DNA of 64,000 nt from an uncultured delta proteobacterium (GTDB lineage: Bacteria; Myxococcota_A; Polyangia; Palsa-1104): NCBI GenBank assembly GCA_963785725.1, contig CAWAWS010000017.1, positions 96,001 through 160,000 on the forward strand, given 5' to 3'. Position numbers and translations under genes: made by a program. Of the stretch, positions 55,345-64,000 are shown piece by piece (the first letter of the stretch is position 1; each line of letters starts with the position of its first letter). The notes under the pieces were generated by a model. It did not search any database, was not told the origin of the DNA, and was given only the letters and a program-made list of their open reading frames with translations.

Positions 55345-56199
55345 ATGCGGTTGCCTGTGTTCGGTCAAGCTGCGGTTGAAATGCCGCCTCCTGCGACTCC
55401 GCTGCGCGCCACCGAGCTCGGCGCCTTCAAGTACGGATCGAAGCTCGAGAAGCGCATCGTCCAGAAGATCGGCGCCGCCGTCGTCGACTACGACTTGATC
55501 GCCGAGGGCGACAAGATCATGGTCTGCGTCTCGGGCGGCAAGGACTCGTACGCGCTGCTCGACGCGCTCTTGCTGTTGTCGCGCAAGTCGCCGGTGAATT
55601 ACGAGATCGTCGCGGTGAACGTCGATCAAGGCTGGCCCGGCTATCAGACCGACGCGATAAAGCAGCACCTCGAGTCGCGCGAGGTGAACTATCGGATGGT
55701 GAACGCGCACGAGATCGCCGCCATCGTCGAGCGCGTCTTGAATCCGGAAGAGACGGGCGCCACGCCGTGCTCGCTCTGCTCGCGCCTGCGCCGCGGCGTG
55801 CTGTATGGCTTGGCGACGGAGCTGGGCGCGACCAAGATCGCGCTCGGTCATCACCTCGACGACCTGGCCGAGACGCTGCTGTTGAATCTGTTTTTCTCGG
55901 GATCTTTGCGCGCCATGCCGCCCAAGCTCGTCAGCGACTCGGGCGAGCACGTGGTCATTCGGCCGATGGCGTACGTCGAAGAGCGCGACTTGACCGAATA
56001 TGCCGCCGAGCGGCGTTATCCGGTCGTGCGCTGCTCGTGCCCGACGTGCGGCCTGCCCGATCAGCAGCGCCAAGTGGTCAAGCGCATGCTGACGTCGCTG
56101 CAAGCGGATCACGACGGGTTGAAGACGCAGATGTTGGCGGCGATGAAGAACGTCAAGCCCGCCTTCCTGCTCGACCGCGCCTTGGTGAAGACTCCGTAG
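55345..56199 (+). CDS. ttcA: tRNA 2-thiocytidine(32) synthetase
   Basis: PP-loop SGGKDS, CSLCSRLRRG, IALGHHLDD, MPPKL, IRPM, CSCPTC. Confidence 0.95.
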   Translation: MRLPVFGQAAVEMPPPATPLRATELGAFKYGSKLEKRIVQKIGAAVVDYDLIAEGDKIMVCVSGGKDSYALLDALLLLSRKSPVNYEIVAVNVDQGWPGYQTDAIKQHLESREVNYRMVNAHEIAAIVERVLNPEETGATPCSLCSRLRRGVLYGLATELGATKIALGHHLDDLAETLLLNLFFSGSLRAMPPKLVSDSGEHVVIRPMAYVEERDLTEYAAERRYPVVRCSCPTCGLPDQQRQVVKRMLTSLQADHDGLKTQMLAAMKNVKPAFLLDRALVKTP

Positions 56200-56202
56200 C
56201 GA

Positions 56203-58446
56203 ATGAAGTTCGCCTGCGACAAGTGCAATACCCGCTACTCGATCGCCGACGAGCGAGTGCACGGGCGTGTGCTCAAGATCCGCTGCAAAGCGTGCAACCA
56301 CGTCATCACCGTGCGTGAGCCGGACGTGGCGCCGATGCCGGCGCTCGACGAGGACGATCCGCTCGGCGGCGACGACGAGCACACGCGCGTGTCGATGGGT
56401 CCGCCGCCGTCGAGCGCGGCGGCCGCGACGGCGCCGGCGACCGCCAATACCGCGACGGGCGACGACGATTGGTTCGTCTCGTTCGACGGCGACCAAGAAG
56501 GGCCGTTGCCGTTGGCGCGCGCGCTCGATCGGGTGCGCGCCGAGCGTCCGCACGGCAAGGAGTGCTTCTGCTGGCGCGCCGGCTTCTTCGTCTGGCTGCC
56601 GGTCGAGGATGTGCCCGAGTTCGCGCCGGCGCTCGGTCGCGCCGCGCCGCCGCCGCCGCCGGCCAAATCCGCGGCCAAAGCGCCGCCGCCCGCGGCCAAG
56701 ACACCGGCGCCGCCGACGAAGGCGGGCACGTTGCCGCCGCTGAAGTCGCCGACCGGTCCGCTGCCGGCGATGGGCGCGAAGTCGTCGACGGGACCGCAGG
56801 CGAAGATTGGCGGCACGACCGGCGCGCAAGCGAAGTCGCCGACGGGGCCGCAAGCGCCGGTCAAAGCCGGCTCGTCGACGGGGCCGCAAGCGCCGGTCAA
56901 AGCCGGCTCGTCGACGGGACCGCAGGCCAAGATTGGCTCGTCGACGGGACCGCAGGCCAAGATTGGCTCGTCGACGGGACCGCAGGCCAAGATTGGCTCG
57001 TCGACGGGGCCGCAGGCCAAGATTGGCTCGTCGGCGGGGCCGCAAGCGGCCGTGAAGTCGGTGACGGGCGCGCAGGCGACCGTGAAGTCGCCGACGGGAC
57101 CGCTGCCCGTCGCGCCGTCGCAGCCGAGCGTCGATCATCGGCCGCATTCGGTCGTCGATTTGCCGAGCCCGCCGCTCGACGACTTGTCGGACGATCTCGA
57201 GGAGGAGCTGCGGCCGCTGGAATTGCCGCGTCCGTCCGCCGATCGTCCGCCGCTGTTCGAGTCGGGCCCGATGAACGTCGGCGGCGCGCCGTCGGTGGTG
57301 ATGCCGCAGGCGACGACGCGACCGGAGCCGCGCTTCGGCAAGAAGGCGAGCGACGAGCCGCTCCTGCCCAAGATGAACGACGCGCCGAGCGCGCCGTCGT
57401 CGCTGTCGCCGTTCCGCGCGGCGCTGCAGACGTCGGGACCGGCGCACGCCAGCCACGACGCGTCCCAGCTGAAGGTGCCCGACGCGCCCAAGCTGGGTGA
57501 GCTGCCGCTCGACACCGGGCCGGTGCCGCTGCCGCCGCCGCCCGATGACTTGCCGATCGGCGAAGCGTCGGGCCTCATCAGCTTGGCGCACTTGGCGAAG
57601 CCGTCGCTGATGACGGCGACGGTCGAGCCCGGTCGGCGCTCGGCCATCGACACGTTCGGCGGCGTTCCCGTCGTGCAGTCGGGCAAGATGTCGGTGCCGG
57701 CTTCGGCGGCGATGGTGTCGGCGGAGCCGATGATCGCGCCGCGCGGCGGGGCGCCGTGGATGAAGTGGGCGGCGCTCGCCGGCGCGCTGGCGACGATCGG
57801 CCTCACCGTCGCCGTGATCATGCTGCTGACGCGGAAGCCGACGGTGATCGTCGTGCCGCCGGCGCCGGTCGTCGAATCGCAGCGCAAGGTCGACGACAAG
57901 CCGATCACGGTCACCGATGACGCGCCGACGCCGCAAGCGCCGACGCCCGGCAGCGACAAGCGCCCGCAAAAGCGCGTCTCGTCGGCGCGCTCGGCGGCGG
58001 TCGCGCAAAAGTCACCTCCGACGGCGCCGTCGACCGCGTCGCCCGGCGCCGATCTGTCGAATTCGCAGCGCAACCTGGCGTCGCTGTATCGCGACGAAGG
58101 CGGCGAGCACGGCGCCAAGGGTTCGCCCACGATCGACAACGGCGCACACGCCGGCGGCCAGGTCTCGCAGCAGGCGATCATGGCTGTGCCGACGCAGAAC
58201 CGCCGCTCGCTCAGCTTGTGCTACGACCGCGTCTTGAAGCACGACTCGACGTTGAAGTCGGGGCGCATCCTCATTCACGTCAAGATCGGCATCTCCGGGT
58301 CGGTGACCGGCGTGGCCGTGCCCGATCCGCAATATTCCGGGTCGGAGATCGGGCAATGCTTGGTGCAGACGATCAAGCACTGGCACTTCCCGTCGGCCGA
58401 CTCCGAGTACGAGACGGAATTCCCGATTATTCTGCAGGCCAATTAG
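56203..58446 (+). CDS. AgmX/GltJ-like gliding motility protein: zinc ribbon, GYF_2, low-complexity linker, TM, TonB_C-like domain
   Basis: MKFACDKC...KIRCKAC; WFVSFDGDQEGP..CWRAGF..W; TM helix; CY..VLK.D..LKSG..IG.SG.V..C....IK.W.FP. Confidence 0.8.
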   Translation: MKFACDKCNTRYSIADERVHGRVLKIRCKACNHVITVREPDVAPMPALDEDDPLGGDDEHTRVSMGPPPSSAAAATAPATANTATGDDDWFVSFDGDQEGPLPLARALDRVRAERPHGKECFCWRAGFFVWLPVEDVPEFAPALGRAAPPPPPAKSAAKAPPPAAKTPAPPTKAGTLPPLKSPTGPLPAMGAKSSTGPQAKIGGTTGAQAKSPTGPQAPVKAGSSTGPQAPVKAGSSTGPQAKIGSSTGPQAKIGSSTGPQAKIGSSTGPQAKIGSSAGPQAAVKSVTGAQATVKSPTGPLPVAPSQPSVDHRPHSVVDLPSPPLDDLSDDLEEELRPLELPRPSADRPPLFESGPMNVGGAPSVVMPQATTRPEPRFGKKASDEPLLPKMNDAPSAPSSLSPFRAALQTSGPAHASHDASQLKVPDAPKLGELPLDTGPVPLPPPPDDLPIGEASGLISLAHLAKPSLMTATVEPGRRSAIDTFGGVPVVQSGKMSVPASAAMVSAEPMIAPRGGAPWMKWAALAGALATIGLTVAVIMLLTRKPTVIVVPPAPVVESQRKVDDKPITVTDDAPTPQAPTPGSDKRPQKRVSSARSAAVAQKSPPTAPSTASPGADLSNSQRNLASLYRDEGGEHGAKGSPTIDNGAHAGGQVSQQAIMAVPTQNRRSLSLCYDRVLKHDSTLKSGRILIHVKIGISGSVTGVAVPDPQYSGSEIGQCLVQTIKHWHFPSADSEYETEFPIILQAN
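56841..57050 (+). repeat. Intragenic tandem repeats (2 x 36 bp, then about 4.5 x 30 bp)
   Basis: TCGACGGGACCGCAGGCCAAGATTGGCTCG at 56911, 56941, 56971 and 57001 (one substitution); encodes STGPQAKIGS. Confidence 0.95.
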
Positions 58447-58499
58447 CGGGCAGCGTTGCTCGCGCCAGCCGCGCGAATCGCGCGCGAGCCGTGCGAAAA

Positions 58500-59682
58500 C
58501 TAAAAGGGCGTGACCACGATCTCGGTCGCGCGGCGGTAGCAATCATCGGCAATCGCCCTGACGTCGACCGACGCTTCGATCTTCTCCGCGATATCGAGCC
58601 GCGCCTTCGTCTGCGGATGCTCCGGCACGAACAGCGAGCAGCAGTCGTCGTAAGGCTCGATCGACGTCTCGAACGTGCCGATCCGCCGCGCAATCGCGAT
58701 CGTCTCCTGCTTGTCGTGCCCCAAACATGGCCGCAGCACCGGCAACGACGACGCCGCGCCGATCACGCCCATGTTCTCCAGCGTCTGCGACGCCACCTGC
58801 GCCAGCGCTTCGCCCGTCGCCAGCGCCTTGGCGTCGGCGTTGCGCGCGATGCGCTCGGCCACGCGCATCATCATTCGCCGATAGAGCACGACCGCCATTT
58901 TGCCGTCGGGGTTCGCCTCGCGCAGCGCCTTTTGCGCGTTCGTGAAGGGCACGATCTTGAGGCGAATGTCGGACAGCTGCCAGTTCGCGAGCAGCTTCGC
59001 CAGGCGCGTGACTTTGTCTTGCGTCTTCTCGCCCGTGTACGGGAACGAGTGGAAATAGGTCGCGTTCAAGATGCAGCCGCGCTTCATCATCATCCAGCCG
59101 GCGACGGGCGAGTCGATGCCGCCCGACAACAAGCAGCTCGACGCGGCCGGTGACGCCGGCGGGCAGACCGCCGGGCGCGGGGATGACGCCGGCGTAGACG
59201 AACGCTTGGTCCCAGCCGACCTCGACGCCGATGGTGAGCTCGGGCGTGTGCACGTCGACGGGAAGCCCGAGCGCCTGCACGATGGCGCCGCCGGCGATGC
59301 GGCCGAGCTCCATCGAGTTGGCGACGAAGCGCTTGTCGGCGCGGCGGGCTTCGACCTTGAAGCGCGGTTTGCGGCCGAGCCGCTCGACCTCGGCGCGCGT
59401 CAGCTCGACGGCGGCGGCGCTGATGGTGGCGACGTCGCGCTCCATGACCTTGGCCGGCGACAGCGACGACGCGCCGAACAGCCGCGACAGCGCCGCCATC
59501 ATCGGCGCCATGCCGCCTTCGCCGGGGAACGCCAGCAGCCGGCCGTGAATTTTCTCGACGCGCGCGCCGGCGATGCGCGCGACGGCGCGCTGCGCGTTCT
59601 GCAGCAACATGCGCTCGAAAAAGGGACGATTTTCGCCCTTCAGGAAGATTTCGCCGAAGCGGATCATGACGACGTCGGTCAA
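58500..59682 (-). CDS. thiI: tRNA 4-thiouridine synthase, short form without rhodanese domain, frameshift near 59130
   Basis: RFGEIFLKGENR, THUMP, GGLPAG, LSGGIDSPVA, HSFPYT, TGE.L.QVASQT, PYDDCC. Confidence 0.92.
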
Positions 59683-60812
59683 GAGAGCTCTTTCACGGTA
59701 GCGATGACGGCGAGCGCGGCGCGTGCCACTTCGTCGTCGGTGGTGAGGCGCGACAGCGACAGCCGAATGGTGCCGACGTCGTCGCGAACGCCGATGGCGC
59801 GCAACGTCGCCGACGGCTTTTTGTCCCGCGCGTGGCAGGCCGATCCCGCCGAAACATAGACGCCGCGCGCCGACAGCGCATGCAAGAGCGGCTCGGCCGG
59901 AACGCCGGCAAAGCCGAGCGACAACACGTGCGGCGCCGTCAGCGCCGGGTCGCCGTGACGCTGCGCCGCCGGCAGCGCCGCCGCAATCGTCGTCCACAAG
60001 TGGTCGCGCTGTCGAGCCATGCGCGGCGCGGCTTCGGCGCGGGCGGCGACCGCCAATTCGCACGCCAGGCCGAGCGCGACGATCCCGGGCACGCCTTCGG
60101 TGCCCGGCCTCAAGCCGCGCTCTTGACCGCCGCCGTGCACGATCGGCCGCAACTTGCAGCCGCGCTTGAGCCACAGCGCGCCCACGCCTTTCGGCCCGTG
60201 GATCTTGTGCGCCGACAGCGCCAGCGAGTCGAACGCCGCGCCCGCCACCGTCAGCGCCAGCTTGCCGATCGCCTGCACGCCGTCGACATGCACGTGGCAG
60301 CGCGGCGCCCGCTCTTTGACCGCCCGCGCGATCGCGTCCACCGGCTGAATCGTGCCGATCTCGTTCTGCACCCACATGCAGGCGACGATTCCCGTGTCCG
60401 GCCGCACGGCGCGCGCGAAATCCTCGACCGCGACGACGCCGTTCGCCGCCGGCGCCACCGTCGTCACCGCGACGCCGCGCGCGTGCAGCGCCTTGGCCGC
60501 GTCCGCCACCGACGGATGCTCGAAGCCGCTCACGACGACGTGCGTCAGCTTGCCCGTCGTCCCCAACATCGCCAGCGCGTTGGCCTCGGTGCCGCCCGAC
60601 GTGAACAGCACCTCCTCGTCGCTGCCGCCAATCGCCGCCGCCACTTGCGCGCGCGCCTTGGCCACGCGCCGCGCCGCCTCCGCGCCCGGCCCGTGCGCCG
60701 ACGACGGGTTGCCGTAGGCCTCGAGCATCGCGTCGAGCGCCGCTTGCGCCACGCGCCCGTCGACCCGCGTCGAGGCGCCGTTGTCCAGATAAATGGGTGC
60801 TTCGTTCTTCAT
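59679..60812 (-). CDS. Cysteine desulfurase (IscS/NifS class I)
   Basis: IYLDNGAST, GNPSS.H, TSGGTEAN, SAHKIHGPKG, RPGT, SAGSAC. Confidence 0.95.
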   Translation of the reverse strand: MKNEAPIYLDNGASTRVDGRVAQAALDAMLEAYGNPSSAHGPGAEAARRVAKARAQVAAAIGGSDEEVLFTSGGTEANALAMLGTTGKLTHVVVSGFEHPSVADAAKALHARGVAVTTVAPAANGVVAVEDFARAVRPDTGIVACMWVQNEIGTIQPVDAIARAVKERAPRCHVHVDGVQAIGKLALTVAGAAFDSLALSAHKIHGPKGVGALWLKRGCKLRPIVHGGGQERGLRPGTEGVPGIVALGLACELAVAARAEAAPRMARQRDHLWTTIAAALPAAQRHGDPALTAPHVLSLGFAGVPAEPLLHALSARGVYVSAGSACHARDKKPSATLRAIGVRDDVGTIRLSLSRLTTDDEVARAALAVIATVKELS

Positions 60813-60891
60813 CGATTCTCGGGTTCGCTTTTGATGCTGCTTCGCGCTAGACCAGTTCGCGGCTCGCAGGCTACTCCTGAAGGACCACGGC

Positions 60892-62030
60892 GTGTTCGGC
60901 GTTTATATCCATTTTCCCTACTGTCGCAAACGTTGTCCGTACTGCGACTTCGCGGTGCACGCGCGGGCGCGCATTCCGCACGACGCGTACGCCGACGCCG
61001 TCGTCGCCGAATTGGCCGAGCGGGCGCCGCTGTTCGCCGGCCGCGAGCTCGTCAGCATCTACTTCGGCGGCGGCACGCCGGGATTATGGCGCGCCGACTG
61101 CCTGGCCCGCGTCATCCGCGCCGTCACGCACGCCGTTCGCGCAGTCGCCGTCGGTGCCGCAGCTCGAGGTCACCGTCGAAGCCAACCCCGATGACCTGTC
61201 GCGCGAGCACTTGGACGCGCTGTTCGCCGCCGGCGTCAACCGTCTCAGCCTGGGCGCGCAATCGCTCAACGACAAGCACCTGCACACGCTCGGACGCACG
61301 CACGGCGCCACGCAAGTGCAAGCGGCCGTAGACGCTGCGCGCGCCGCCGGCTTCGTCAGCCTGTCGCTCGACCTCATGTTCGCGCTGCCGGCGCAGACGC
61401 TGACCGAGCTCGAAGCCGACCTGGCCGGCGTCTTGGCGATGGCGCCCGATCACCTGAGCGTCTACAACCTCACCGTCGAGGAGCGGACCGCGTTCGGCGG
61501 CATGCAGCGCGCCGGCCTCTTGCAGGTGCCGGAGTCGGGCGTCGCCGCCGAGATGTACGAGCGCATCATGCAGCGGCTCGCCGGCGCCGGCTTCGAACAC
61601 TACGAGATCAGCAGCTGGGCCAAACCCGGCCGGCGCGCGCGCCACAACACGCTCTATTGGACCGGCGGCGAATATCTCGGCCTCGGCTGCTCGGCGCACT
61701 CGTTTCGCCGGCTGCCCGACGGCGGCGGCGAGCGCTTCAGCGCCGTCCGCTCCGTCGACGCGTGGCTCAAAGCGCCGCCTTTGGCCACGCGCGAGACGCT
61801 CGACGCCGGCGCGCTCGAACGCGAGGCGGTCTGGCTCGGCCTGCGGCTGCTCGACGGCATCGACCGCGCGGCGCACGCGCGGCTGCACGGCGTCGACCCG
61901 GTCACGGCTCACCAAGTCGAGCTCTACGCGGCTGGTCGGCGAAGGCTTGATCGTCGTCACGCCCGAGCGCGTCCGCCTGACGCCGCGCGGCGTGCTCTTC
62001 GCCGACGAAGTGGGCGCCCGCCTCGTCTAA
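60892..62030 (+). CDS. hemW: Radical SAM heme chaperone HemW, frameshifts near 61140 and 61925
   Basis: [43 protein letters not shown]; directly upstream of hrcA. Confidence 0.9.
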
Positions 62031-62075
62031 GGTTAGCGCGTCCAGCCGGTTTCCATCTGCTATACATGAAGTGAG

Positions 62076-63120
<1,045 letters not shown>

Positions 63121-63144
63121 GCTTGTGATTAGGTTCGGGGGGCG

Positions 63145-63726
63145 ATGAGCAACGACGATCCCAAGCAGGGCAACACCCCCGAAAACTCCGGTCCCGGCGA
63201 AGCGCCGCCGCCGACGCCGATCCACGAGGGCAACGGCGCGCAAGCGAGCGAGGGCTCGCCCGCCTCAGCCGACAAGCTCGAGGAGGAGAAGCGCGAGCTG
63301 AAAGATCGTCTCCTGCGCACGGCGGCCGAGTTCGAGAACTTCAAGCGCCGCTCGAAGAAGGAGATCGACGACGCGGCCACCCGCGGACGCGAGCAGCTCC
63401 TGAAGGAGCTGTTGCCGGCGCTCGACAACCTGGAGCGCGCGCTCAAGCACGCGCCGGCCGGCGATCCGCTGGCGATCGGCGTGCAGCAGACGGAGAAGCA
63501 GCTCCTGCAGGCGCTGGAGAAGTTCGGCGTCGTGCGCTTCTCGTCGGTGGGCAAGCCGTTCGATCCGTCCGTGCACGACGCGATTCAGCAGCTGGAGACG
63601 AGCGAGCATCCGCCGGGCACCGTCGCCGCCGAGTTCGCCTCCGGCTACATGCTCGGCCAGCGCCTCTTGCGCCCGGCCATGGTCGCGGTCGCCAAGCCGC
63701 CCGCTGACGGCAGCGCGCTGCAGTAG
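63145..63726 (+). CDS. grpE: Nucleotide exchange factor GrpE
   Basis: LR..AEFENFKRR, LLPALDNLERA, FDP..HDA, GY.L..RLLRPAMV. Confidence 0.96.
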   Translation: MSNDDPKQGNTPENSGPGEAPPPTPIHEGNGAQASEGSPASADKLEEEKRELKDRLLRTAAEFENFKRRSKKEIDDAATRGREQLLKELLPALDNLERALKHAPAGDPLAIGVQQTEKQLLQALEKFGVVRFSSVGKPFDPSVHDAIQQLETSEHPPGTVAAEFASGYMLGQRLLRPAMVAVAKPPADGSALQ

Positions 63727-63771
63727 CCGATTCGCTCCATTTACATGATTTGTGATACGATTCTGGGCTAG

Positions 63772-64000
63772 ATGGCCCGCGTCGTCGGCATCGACTTGGG
63801 GACCACCAACAGCTGCGTCGCCTTCCTCGAAGGCGACAAGGCCGTCGTGATCCCGAACGCCGAAGGCAGCCGCACGACGCCGTCGATCGTCGCCTTCGCG
63901 CAGTCGGGCGAGCGGCTCGTCGGCCAAATGGCCAAGCGGCAGTCGGTCACGAACTCCGAGCACACCGTCAACGCCGTCAAGCGGCTGATCGGCCGCAAAA
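63772..64000 (+). CDS. dnaK: Chaperone DnaK, 3' truncated by window edge
   Basis: [43 protein letters not shown]. Confidence 0.95.
   Translation, partial: MARVVGIDLGTTNSCVAFLEGDKAVVIPNAEGSRTTPSIVAFAQSGERLVGQMAKRQSVTNSEHTVNAVKRLIGRK

Noticed and set aside
56841..57050. Tandem repeats as a CRISPR array
   Set aside because: No unique spacers, unit lengths are multiples of 3 within a CDS, and there are no cas genes
62031..62075. CIRCE upstream of hrcA
   Set aside because: Only TTAGC and TGCTA fragments with the wrong spacing; no canonical element was seen before hemW, hrcA, grpE or dnaK

Overview
High-GC bacterial chromosome segment, most likely from a myxobacterium (Myxococcota). That placement is inferred from a MYXO-CTERM-like tail, a TIGR02266-type PilZ protein, an AgmX/GltJ-like gliding protein and large Ser/Thr kinases. 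About 14 apparent single-base frameshifts in conserved genes point to uncorrected long-read indels. Contents from left to right: (1) a SAM methyltransferase fragment; (2) an ilvD-(57-aa ORF)-ilvB-ilvN-ilvC-leuA-leuC-leuD-cimA-leuB operon behind an unannotated Val/Leu/Ile-rich leader peptide and attenuator; (3) a GH5 lipoprotein; (4) a six-gene envelope operon (Tat Rieske lipoprotein, CX4CH lipoprotein, DUF4266-like, DUF3570-like, putative barrel, CXXCH surface protein) behind a perfect 7-1-7 Fur-like palindrome; (5) a PLC-like lipoprotein and a DEAD-box helicase; (6) a signalling island (sigma-54 activator, two PilZ, FliA/WhiG-type sigma, REC-EAL, hybrid kinases); (7) M49 peptidase, GT2-methyltransferase, Cys-repeat lipoprotein, phosphoesterase, SDR, TPR kinase, ABC-F and pntAB; (8) HDAC, kinase and a Thg1-like protein lacking catalytic Asp residues; (9) qor, ilvA, ttcA, GltJ-like, thiI with a desulfurase; (10) hemW-hrcA-grpE-dnaK (partial). 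No rRNA, tRNA, CRISPR array or mobile element was recognised. Family assignments come from motif recognition only; no searches were run.
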